Source: a virus
Lineage: Duplodnaviria; Caudoviricetes
Length of the DNA stretch: 54,959 nt
Reading direction: 5' to 3' (one strand)
IMG/VR virus record: IMGVR_UViG_3300032232_001103
Span: 1-54,959 of that record
How positions within the stretch are numbered: position 1 is the first letter of the stretch; each line of letters begins with the position of its first letter. The notes under the pieces are model-generated. The model was not told where the DNA came from, ran no database searches, and worked only from the letters and a program-made list of their open reading frames with translations. Both the position numbers and the translations under genes were made by a program. Below are positions 11,701-18,845 of the stretch, piece after piece.

Positions 11701-12804
11701 GTAGTAAGTAGTTTCACTAGTAATTATATCTTGATCAAATGTTCTGTTATAGCTAACTAACGTATTAAATACATCACCAGCTACAGAAATATTTTCTTGC
11801 TTGTTTAAATACGCAAGTTTTACAAAAACTTCTTGAGTATACGCATCATCCGAATAGTCTCTGATATAATTAATAATTCTACTAAATAAATCACTAACTA
11901 TATATCTATCAGAACTTACGCGTTCAAAGTACTTAGTATTTGTGTCTGCTAAACTTATTAAATTTTCAACATTTTTGCCAATGTTGTATTCATTGTACTC
12001 TGCAAAGCTAACCAAATTAGCAAATATTTTACCTACATTACTTGATTGTTCGCTAGTGTTTACAACGAGGTCAAACAGCTTAGTGGCAACAGCTTTGTTA
12101 ATTAGTTCGTAATTTTCAATGTTATCTATAGTAACTTTGGTAAATGTAGCGTACTCGTCATCATCAATATTAGCCGCGCCATAATAGTCGTCTGTAGCAT
12201 CTACTAAGTCTTCAAAACTACGTAGGTAGTTTGTAACAGTAATAATGCCATTAATATCTGAAATACTAACACTATTAAAAATGGGCTTTGTAGCTACAAA
12301 TTTAGCAACTTCAAGAGCAGCAGCAGTATCACTAAGATTTTTAAATACACCAATGGTAACAAGTACATCTGTTACACTAGCAGTTTCAGTGCTTAAAACT
12401 TTTGAGAAGCCGCGATAAATTACACTATCATTGGTACTTACGGTTTCTAAAACGCTGCGATTATATATTATGGAAACAAAGAAACTGTCCAGCAGTGCAA
12501 TGTTTTCACTAAAAGGCTTTCTCAGAGTAATTGCCGCAGGGTCGCTAATGGTGACCTGATCTAATCCACGAACAAATAATATTGCTGTTGCTTCACTAGG
12601 TCCCGCTGCGGCTGCCGTTGCTATAAACGTAGGCTGACTAACTGAAGTAACCGTATTACCAATCTTGGTGGCTGTAGTTATACTTGCTGTAGTTACACCA
12701 GTAGTTATTCCAGTATCAGGTTGTACAGCTGTAGTTATTTCAGTAGTAACTACATTTGCACTAAGGTTAGGTTTTGGAACTACAGCATCGAATTCTATAG
12801 CCAT
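5800..12804 (-). CDS. Giant repetitive structural protein (2334 aa), probable fibre or appendage
   Basis: Single 7-kb ORF in the late region with 11 copies of YLRSFEDL.DATDDYYGAA.I.DDEYASF.KV. Confidence 0.7.
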   Translation of the reverse strand: MAIEFDAVVPKPNLSANVVTTEITTAVQPDTGITTGVTTASITTATKIGNTVTSVSQPTFIATAAAAGPSEATAILFVRGLDQVTISDPAAITLRKPFSENIALLDSFFVSIIYNRSVLETVSTNDSVIYRGFSKVLSTETASVTDVLVTIGVFKNLSDTAAALEVAKFVATKPIFNSVSISDINGIITVTNYLRSFEDLVDATDDYYGAANIDDDEYATFTKVTIDNIENYELINKAVATKLFDLVVNTSEQSSNVGKIFANLVSFAEYNEYNIGKNVENLISLADTNTKYFERVSSDRYIVSDLFSRIINYIRDYSDDAYTQEVFVKLAYLNKQENISVAGDVFNTLVSYNRTFDQDIITSETTYYNASKYFTETNSLLDTNSNIVSKITSDSNNISDLFNTQIDYLRSFEDLVDATDDYYGVANIDDDEYVTFTKITVDTILPQDITAFNISTILNSIFTYISDPQSNNIGKFLNTQFISAETTSKIFGAVKVDNLAVTETKYFNFSSILANGITANHLFTRLLEYNRNFTEISNIQQDLAFFNIRAVKQHNISINDVFTRTVDYRPEVLNTIVFNEYLVSLVNKNLLNTNTIIETSAILTGKYLLNAFSISDAANTQVSYLRSFEDLVDATDDYYGAANIDDDEYASFTKVTVDSILEVDATIFDIAKILSDSATNLDIFAVNTSKPLSTQFNSAESNTKTINSLKLNTLAINELKYLSISSIVNNTITNTDLLATLLQYYRDFAEANIVQDLATIRTSIAKQHSIFSTDVFTRTVDYQRQLVDAGIFSEYTVALIDKTILNIGTITETSAILTSKYFSNNFGITDTSSTQVNYLRSFEDLVDATDDYYGAATIGDDEYASFSKVTVDNILQQDITRFDLAKILATISTNSITDISIYNTGKFLSTQFNSTESNTKLVYSTKLETVNTSEVRYVNIISILSSIVNNNDVFSRLLQYSRNIAETNNTEDLTTLNTSIVKQHSTIISDTSSSQVSYLRSFEDLIDATDDYYGAATIGDDEYASFVKVTIDTILQEDTAAFNVAKILSDNNTVTETSAYTTGKFLTNRINGSESNTKEFNSLKLNTFITTEINYFTITSVVNNTVTTTDLATTLLQYLRSFTETNTVEDLNIFSTNIVKQHSAGINDSFIKTIDYLRSFEDLVDATDDYYGAATIDDDEYASFTKVIADNILQLDVTKFNVANILADTADTIDSLAANTGKFLSTQFNSSETNTKLTNNLKLETLITSELSYFNIRSVLSSAVGITQTKTVTTGKYLSNIFSSSDTATTQVDYLRNFNNLINTTDSINYFDISQVLINTITITETKAITAGKYFSNAFSINDLFNTQVSYLRSFEDLVDATDDYYGAATVGDDEYASFVKVTVDSILQQDTTAFDITSILADSSNAIDSLAANTSKFLSTQFNSSETNNKTINSLKLDLINTNELKYFNISSVLSSTITNSDLLISLLQYLRNFTETSTTEDLAVFNTSIVKQDNVRISDLFNRLVNYNRNITADNTVTSEFSYYYVNKYLNENGNLLDTPAVFISKITSDSNSISDVSSNQINYLRSFEDLIDATDDYYGAATIGDDEYASFSKVTVDNILQQDTTAFNITSILADNSNPTDSLAANTGKFLTTQFNSSETNSKTISSLNTDSSNTNELKYFNISSVLSNNVNVTELFRSLVQYLRSFTEAVIPQEIVSTNTSIVKQHNANINDIFTRTVYYNPRLFDSTVFSEYTLYTINKNILDTGSISESKSATTSKYFSNAFSISDVSSNQVNYLRSFEDLIDATDDYYGAATVGDDEYASFVKVTVDSILQQDTAVFNITSILVDSSNATDSLAANTGKGLTTQFNSSETNSKTISSLNTDSSNTNELKYFNISSVLSNNVIATELFRSLLQYFRSFTETNITEDLAVFNTSIVKQHSVRITDLFSRLINYQPQLFDSIIFTEYILSLIDKNVVDILNINDSKAISANKYLLDILNRSDTTNTQVNYLRSFEDLVDATDDYYGAATIGDDEYASFTKVTVDSILQQDVTNFNIASILANSSTAIDTSKFSTGKYLTTQLNNSDTNTKVFSSLKSDYTNTNEINYFNTNSVINNSVINSEVIATLLQYLRNFTEIKLLQELVNIKLEIIKQDTTNINELFNKIVNYRPQLSDNLTFSEYKVFEVNKNTSDIGNTNDSKAISANKYLLDILNRSDTINTQINYSRNFQDQTDATDDYYGAATVGDDEYASFAKVTVDNATNIDINQFSTYKIFSDYRTLTTSDSSNNTIKPNKIETISPVDILTYYKFGGKTFTETIFSTDSGTINNQNYFASSYVTPGYAGTNTYFGT
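6085..12230. repeat. 11 intragenic copies of a ~100-bp conserved block spaced ~480-650 bp apart
   Basis: Near-identical DNA (…catcgtc…gcaccatagtaatcatctgtagcatctactaagtcttcaaaactacg…) near 6140, 6780, 7420, 8065, 8710, 9290, 9770, 10250, 10890, 11540, 12180. Confidence 0.9.
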
Positions 12805-12815
12805 ATTGCCCCCTA

Positions 12816-13439
12816 TTAGTAGGTGGTCTGATTCGGTTGATCGCTTGTTTGATCAGTAGGGCTAAATAAAATTTCTACCATTCCACGCACAGGTTTATAG
12901 GTGTGCGTAAAAACTGCATCCGTAGGCTCGGTTACACGCAGCTCGAAAAACCCATAACTAGCACTGTCTGCTAGCGGCTGAACCGACCAGTCTGTGCCTA
13001 AAGTATTAGGAAATTGAATGTAGATTTTATTTAGTGCGGTTACTTCCCACTTTGCGTCTAAGTCAGGTGTTACTGCGCTAGTTCTGGCAATACCACTTAA
13101 TAATTTATAGTAAAGTCCGTTGTATAAGATGACTTCTTCTTTATTATAGGCCGATGCAGCAGACCAAACCCCAATGTACCTAGGAAGCCTGACAAATAAT
13201 CTAGTAGTAACGCCACCAGGTTGAATTAGTGTAGGCCTGTCGGTTTGACCACTAACATTTTTAGCCTCTACAATAACTGCTTCGTAGCTATAATTACCAC
13301 TAGCTTTTACAGTTGCGTCGGTAATAAAGTTTAGGGTAATTGGAAATTCTAGCTGCTCACCTTTAACCATAGACCAGAGTACGGCACCAGCATCTGTTAC
13401 TAAATCTAGGGTAGTATCAGTTAGTCTTGATCGTGCCAT
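12816..13439 (-). CDS. Virion structural protein with a CBM5/12-like aromatic motif
   Basis: 207 aa; WSAASAYNKEEVILYNGLYYK resembles a small carbohydrate-binding module. Confidence 0.55.
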   Translation of the reverse strand: MARSRLTDTTLDLVTDAGAVLWSMVKGEQLEFPITLNFITDATVKASGNYSYEAVIVEAKNVSGQTDRPTLIQPGGVTTRLFVRLPRYIGVWSAASAYNKEEVILYNGLYYKLLSGIARTSAVTPDLDAKWEVTALNKIYIQFPNTLGTDWSVQPLADSASYGFFELRVTEPTDAVFTHTYKPVRGMVEILFSPTDQTSDQPNQTTY

Positions 13440-13783
13440 GCTGTCTCCCTGTGTTTAACAATGCTAAGCTCTTTAAGCTTAGTAATTTCCTTGGTTAAGG
13501 TACAAATCTCTTCATGTAATCGTTGATTTTCTGTGGTTAAATTACGTATTTGTTGATTTAACTCAATAACTTCTTCTTGCAGCTTGCCAAGCTCTGTGCT
13601 AAGCTTTGTATTTTGCTCGCTCATGCGTTCCAGCTCTTGGTGCATCATATTGAGTATTGAATTTTCTGTACTTTCTCGCTTAAAACCAGTAAAGAATTTT
13701 TGAAGTAAAAATCCTACTACTAATAAACTAGCAAAGCCGCCGCCTAATATGTGTGCGACCGAGTATGTTTCATCTGGATTCAT
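13421..13783 (-). CDS. Membrane protein with one N-terminal TM helix and a C-terminal coiled coil
   Basis: ILGGGFASLLVVGFLL hydrophobic stretch followed by heptads; first gene behind the promoter at 13845-13873. Confidence 0.7.
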   Translation of the reverse strand: MNPDETYSVAHILGGGFASLLVVGFLLQKFFTGFKRESTENSILNMMHQELERMSEQNTKLSTELGKLQEEVIELNQQIRNLTTENQRLHEEICTLTKEITKLKELSIVKHRETAWHDQD

Positions 13784-13844
13784 AGGGCCTACTCTTTAAA
13801 AATTTATTACTATGGAAAAAGGTTTAGCATAATAATTTTGTTAT

Positions 13845-13873
13845 ATTATATCACGCCAGCATATTTGTGTCAA
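13845..13873 (-). promoter_or_regulatory. Consensus sigma70 promoter
   Basis: Minus strand TTGACA-17 bp-TATAAT in the intergenic gap. Confidence 0.85.
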
Positions 13874-13876
13874 TAT

Positions 13877-13913
13877 AAAAAAATACCTACCCCTTTAGGA
13901 GTAGGTATTTTTT
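13877..13913. terminator. Intrinsic terminator (bidirectional type)
   Basis: AAAAAAATACCTAC-loop-GTAGGTATTTTTT inverted repeat after 13920..14753. Confidence 0.8.
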
Positions 13914-13919
13914 GTTTTG

Positions 13920-14753
13920 TTACCAACTGTTTAACTGTACACTGCTACTGTAGTAGTTAAAGAATTGGTACTGTAGGGCATTTGCTTGTAATCTACCGTA
14001 TATGCTATAGGCTTGCGTTAGTTCTGGATTTGTGTTATCTGGAAATACGCATACGTATACCAGACCAGTGCTACCCCAACTACGCATAATTTTCATAAAC
14101 TGTTGACGATCTGATTCCACCAAGTACTGCAGCTGAAAATTCATAGTTTCTGTAATAGGCTTACGGTCTACATAGGTATTACCACTGCGTGTAGTAATAA
14201 CTTCGCTTTGATCTGTAAAACCCAGCTCAATACCTTTATCTACCTGTCGGGTAGGTGCCCAGTATTCGCCACATACAATTCTAGCGCAGTCAATTGGACT
14301 ATTACCAGCACTAGTTAGTTTAATTTCTAGTTTAGAAGTAAGGTCTGAAGGCCATGTAGGCCACCATACGCTAGTTTTAGTAGCACCACCAAAACTAAAC
14401 TGTGTGTAGTCTGAAGTAGTTGAGCCACTTTGTAATAGTATGTTTCTGCCAAGGCATGCATAATTGCTAATAGTAGTGTGTAAAACATCATTATAATATG
14501 CTTTGACTTCAATACCATCATTATCCGCTAAATTAGTGGCTGGTAGTGCTATGCCATTAATTCTTTGACCAGTTGCCCAGTTTAGAGTATAGGTTACACT
14601 ACCAGCACTACCAGCACGATGCACACTAGTTTTTTGCGCGTTTTGCATATTGCTGGCGGCAAATCCATTTGGAGTAGTAGTACTAGCAGTAGTACTAGCA
14701 GTAATTGTTGCTAAATCCGCAACGTTGTTGTAGAGTATTCGTAGATTTGCCAT
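13920..14753 (-). CDS. Tail structural protein (possibly distal-tail-like)
   Basis: 277 aa with AGGA RBS in the tail module; function inferred from position only. Confidence 0.55.
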   Translation of the reverse strand: MANLRILYNNVADLATITASTTASTTTPNGFAASNMQNAQKTSVHRAGSAGSVTYTLNWATGQRINGIALPATNLADNDGIEVKAYYNDVLHTTISNYACLGRNILLQSGSTTSDYTQFSFGGATKTSVWWPTWPSDLTSKLEIKLTSAGNSPIDCARIVCGEYWAPTRQVDKGIELGFTDQSEVITTRSGNTYVDRKPITETMNFQLQYLVESDRQQFMKIMRSWGSTGLVYVCVFPDNTNPELTQAYSIYGRLQANALQYQFFNYYSSSVQLNSW

Positions 14754-14765
14754 GTAGGTTCCTGG

Positions 14766-15104
14766 TTAGGGAGCAGGATTGGGTACAGTTAATTGAATAT
14801 CCCTGCTTTCTGCTATATCTAAGTATAATGAATAAATAGCTTGATAAACTTTGCTTTGTGCAATAGTTTCACCAGTTTTTTCACCAGTACTAGGATTACG
14901 TAATTCAATTAATTTATCTGCTGAAAAGTATGTGCTACAATATCCGCTATCTGATTTAATTACAGTATCGTCTACTTGTACCACAGTCTCTTCAAAAAAT
15001 GAAATTTGTTTTGGTATATTTGACTCAAGCGGGTTTAAAATCATTACACGATTTGCTCTAGTCCATGCGGTTGCGGGTCCTGTTGTTTCTTTATAGTTTG
15101 CCAT
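14766..15104 (-). CDS. Hypothetical tail-associated protein
   Basis: 112 aa, AAGGA RBS, follows the adhesin gene. Confidence 0.6.
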   Translation of the reverse strand: MANYKETTGPATAWTRANRVMILNPLESNIPKQISFFEETVVQVDDTVIKSDSGYCSTYFSADKLIELRNPSTGEKTGETIAQSKVYQAIYSLYLDIAESRDIQLTVPNPAP

Positions 15105-15122
15105 TTAAAAATCCTTGTTAAA

Positions 15123-18100
15123 TTAAGTAGCACTCCAAGTCCAAGCGCCACTAACATAGTCATATACCCCATTAACACTGCCGTCTTTTGTATACCTTAC
15201 TTGTATACTATGAGATCCGGCGGGAACTGCGACTTTTGTATTGTTTAAAGAATATCCGCTACCACTGCTTTGATTTTGTAGTACGCCATCAAGATAAAGA
15301 TAAGCAAAATCCCAACCACTTTCAGTGCTTTTATCCAGAAATAAGTAAATATATCCGGCTATATTTGTAGTATAATAAGCTATTCCATAGTAATCTATAT
15401 TTTGATTGCCTGTACCATAAATAACTATATTATTACTACCATTCCAGTATACATTAGGACCTGCTGTTTGACTTGGAAATGATGTAAATCCGGTAAATGT
15501 TGCAGCAAAAGTAGGTGGTGCATTAAGAGTAAAATATACTGTTGCACTAGTCGTATTCCCAGTACTAGAATAAGCTGTTAGTGTTACAGTATATTGTCCT
15601 ATTGAATTTGCGGAATTGCCATAGTAAGTATAAGAAGTATTAGTACCTACTGTTTGATTAACAATGTTACTACCGCCAGGATTATTTATTGAAATATTAA
15701 CATAACTGGCATTGCTTGTAGTCCAACTAATGGAGATATTATCAGTATTATATGCTGAAGTAGGTGATGCACTATAAGAACCGAAGCTCGGATATATTGG
15801 CTGTTGAATAACCGTATAATATTGTGTTTGACTTGTAGTATTACCAGTACTAGAGTACGCAGTTAAAGTAACTGTATATGTTCCAAGAGTTCTGCTAGCA
15901 CTACCATAGTAAATATATGAACTATTAGCACCAACCGTTCCAGCAACAACAGTATTACCACCAGGATCATATACATAAATAGTTACATAACTAGCATTTG
16001 AAGTAGTCCAACTAATAGTTACATCTGCACTAGGATAAGCATTGGGTCTGGTAATTCCAAAACTAGTAAATGAAGGAATAATAGGAGTTATACTAGTATC
16101 ATAGATAGTTACGCTAGTACTTGCTCCCATTGAAGATATAGTAAATGTTTCGGTACCTTCTGTGCTGCTATCTGCTGTTGTATAGAAGGTAATTTGACTA
16201 CCGTTACTTACACTTCCACTTAGTGCTGCACTGTTAATATCAGCACTACTTACACCACTAATACTATAGGAGAAACTTCCGCTTTGATTTGTGGCAAAAG
16301 TAACCGTAAAATTATCACCTTCATTAACACTAGACTTATTAGTACTAAAACTATAAGTAGCAGGGGTTAAACTAGTATCAAGAATTAAAAGGGTACCATT
16401 AGCCTGTCCGTTATCCAAAGAAATATTAAAAGCTTCTAAGCCTTCTGTTGTATTATCAGCAGTTACATTATAACTAAGTCTAGAACCATTACTTACAGTG
16501 CCGGTTAGTGAGGCTCCACCAATATCGGCACTACTTAAACCACTAATAGTATACCCAAAACTCCCGGGTTGATTTGTAGCAAAATCAAAGTAAAAACTGC
16601 CGCCCTCACTAACTGAACTTGCAGATCTGGTCCAACTATACGTAGGTGTTTGACTAGTATCGTAAATAGTTACACTTGTACTTGCTTGACCGTTATTTAA
16701 TGCAATTGTAAATGTTTCTGTGCCTTCAGTACTATTATCTGCGGCTGCAGTAAAATTAAGCCTATTACCATTAGTTACACTACCTGTTAATTGGCTAACT
16801 CCAATATCTGCAGTGCTTACTCCACTAATAGTATAATTAAAGCTGCCGCTTTGATTTGTGGTAAAATCAACATAAAATGAACTGCCTTCATTAACAGCGC
16901 TAGTAGATCTTGTAAAAGTATAATATGGGGGATCTTTACTGCTATCATTAATAGTTACACTTGTACTTGCTTGACCATTATCTAATGAAATCTGAAAGTA
17001 TTCTGTGCCCTCTGTTGAATTGTCAGCAGTTGAAGTATAGTTAAGCCTATTACCATTACTTACACTACCAGTTAGTGATGCTCCTCCAATATCAGCACTA
17101 CTTACTCCGCTAATAGTATAAGCAAAACTGCCACTTTGATTTGTACTAAAATCAATATAAAAGGGATCACCTTCGTTAACACCCGGTGTAGATCTTGTAA
17201 GAGTATAGTAAGGCGTTTGACTAGTATCGTAAATAAGTACAGATGTAGTTGCGCTTCTACAAGTAATATTAAATACTTCATTACCTTCTGTTGTATTATC
17301 AGCAGTAGCAGTATAACTAAGTCTATCACCATTGCTTATATTGCCAGTTAAAGAAGCACCTCCAATATCTGCACTACTTACACCACTAATAGTATATGGA
17401 TGAGTTCCAGGTTGATTTGTACTAAAATCAATGTAAAAACCAGTGCCTTCATTTACACTGGAAGTAGATCTTGTAAGAGTATAGTAAGGTGTTTGACTAG
17501 TATCATAAATATTTACACTAACACTAGCTAATCCATTATTTAATGCAATATTAAAAGTTTCTGGATTGGCCGAATCTGTTGTATTATCAGCAGTTGCTGT
17601 ATAAGTAATTTGATTACCATTACTTAAACTACCTGACATAGAAGCACTGCCAATATCTTCAGTACCTACACCACTAATAGTATATGGAAAACTACCACTT
17701 TGATTTGTAACAAAAGTAATAGTAAAATTGTCACCCTCATTAACACTGCTTTTATTACTAGTTAAACTATATGTAGCAGGAGTTTGACTTGTATCATTAA
17801 TAGTTATACTGGTACTAGCTTGCCCATTATTTAGTGAAAATACAAATGTTTCTGTACCTTCAGTTGTGCTATCTGCTGTTACATTATAGGTAATTTGATT
17901 ACCATTACTTATACTACCAGTTAATGCAGCATTACCAATGTCTGCACTACTTACACCACTAATTGTATATAAGAAACTATTTGGTTGATTTGTAGCAAAG
18001 GTAATAGTAAAACTACCGCCTTCATTAACATTATAGCTATTAGAAGTTAAACTGTACGTAGCCGTACTAGTATCAGCAATAGTTATTAGGTCGCTTGTAA

Positions 18101-18845
18101 GAACTATTGTTCCGTATATAGAATTAATTCTAACAGTAACTCTAAATGTTTCTGAACCTTCGGTAGTAATATCAGCGATTGGTAAAACTGTGAAAGATCC
18201 AGTATTTCCAGAAATAGTAAATGATCCACTAGCTGCATTAAAATCTGCATCTGAAGTTGTAGCATTAGCAACGGTCCAGTAAAGTGTTGTACCATTAACT
18301 ACATTTGTTGTACTAATACTAAAAGATGCCGAACTGCCCTCATTAACATTAGTAGTTTGACTACTAAAAGCATAAGTTGCTGGCGCACTTACTGTTACAT
18401 TTACAGTATTACTTGTTGCTAATAATGCGTTTGTACTACTATACCCTGTTGCATATACTGAACCCGCACCGGTTCCAATAGTGCTGCCCCAAGTTACTTG
18501 TGCTGTACCATTTATTGGTTGATTAGTAAGTTGACTAGTAGTACCGTTGGGATAGGTAATATTAAGGTTAACATATCCGCCGACTGGTAAATTACTTGTC
18601 CAAGTAAGCGTAGAAGTAAATGGATATGTTCCAGTACTAGGACTTATACTTAAACTAATAGCATAAATAATTTTTGTTTTGCCGCGCAAATCATCTAAAC
18701 CTATAGTACCACTGGTAGGCACACCACTAACTGTTGCGGGCACATAACTACCACCAGCATAATATTCTGTTAATTCAATGGGGTTTGTGCCACCAAATTC
18801 TGTTTGAACATCATCTAGTCCAATTGTACCAGTAGGTGTAGTCAC
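15123..18845 (-). CDS. Putative fibre-tip adhesin with 8 Calx-beta/Ig-like repeats and 2 PKD-like repeats
   Basis: N-terminal IGLDDVQTEFGG.NPIELTEYYAGG adaptor motif; 8 repeats of SVNEG..F....TNQ.GSF.YTISGVSSADI...TAD..TEG.ETF. Confidence 0.7.
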   Translation of the reverse strand: MTTPTGTIGLDDVQTEFGGTNPIELTEYYAGGSYVPATVSGVPTSGTIGLDDLRGKTKIIYAISLSISPSTGTYPFTSTLTWTSNLPVGGYVNLNITYPNGTTSQLTNQPINGTAQVTWGSTIGTGAGSVYATGYSSTNALLATSNTVNVTVSAPATYAFSSQTTNVNEGSSASFSISTTNVVNGTTLYWTVANATTSDADFNAASGSFTISGNTGSFTVLPIADITTEGSETFRVTVRINSIYGTIVLTSDLITIADTSTATYSLTSNSYNVNEGGSFTITFATNQPNSFLYTISGVSSADIGNAALTGSISNGNQITYNVTADSTTEGTETFVFSLNNGQASTSITINDTSQTPATYSLTSNKSSVNEGDNFTITFVTNQSGSFPYTISGVGTEDIGSASMSGSLSNGNQITYTATADNTTDSANPETFNIALNNGLASVSVNIYDTSQTPYYTLTRSTSSVNEGTGFYIDFSTNQPGTHPYTISGVSSADIGGASLTGNISNGDRLSYTATADNTTEGNEVFNITCRSATTSVLIYDTSQTPYYTLTRSTPGVNEGDPFYIDFSTNQSGSFAYTISGVSSADIGGASLTGSVSNGNRLNYTSTADNSTEGTEYFQISLDNGQASTSVTINDSSKDPPYYTFTRSTSAVNEGSSFYVDFTTNQSGSFNYTISGVSTADIGVSQLTGSVTNGNRLNFTAAADNSTEGTETFTIALNNGQASTSVTIYDTSQTPTYSWTRSASSVSEGGSFYFDFATNQPGSFGYTISGLSSADIGGASLTGTVSNGSRLSYNVTADNTTEGLEAFNISLDNGQANGTLLILDTSLTPATYSFSTNKSSVNEGDNFTVTFATNQSGSFSYSISGVSSADINSAALSGSVSNGSQITFYTTADSSTEGTETFTISSMGASTSVTIYDTSITPIIPSFTSFGITRPNAYPSADVTISWTTSNASYVTIYVYDPGGNTVVAGTVGANSSYIYYGSASRTLGTYTVTLTAYSSTGNTTSQTQYYTVIQQPIYPSFGSYSASPTSAYNTDNISISWTTSNASYVNISINNPGGSNIVNQTVGTNTSYTYYGNSANSIGQYTVTLTAYSSTGNTTSATVYFTLNAPPTFAATFTGFTSFPSQTAGPNVYWNGSNNIVIYGTGNQNIDYYGIAYYTTNIAGYIYLFLDKSTESGWDFAYLYLDGVLQNQSSGSGYSLNNTKVAVPAGSHSIQVRYTKDGSVNGVYDYVSGAWTWSAT

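Noticed and set aside
1907-18845. Diversity-generating retroelement acting on fibre repeats
   Set aside because: No reverse transcriptase in the window; the repeats are in-frame protein repeats with no evident adenine-specific variation
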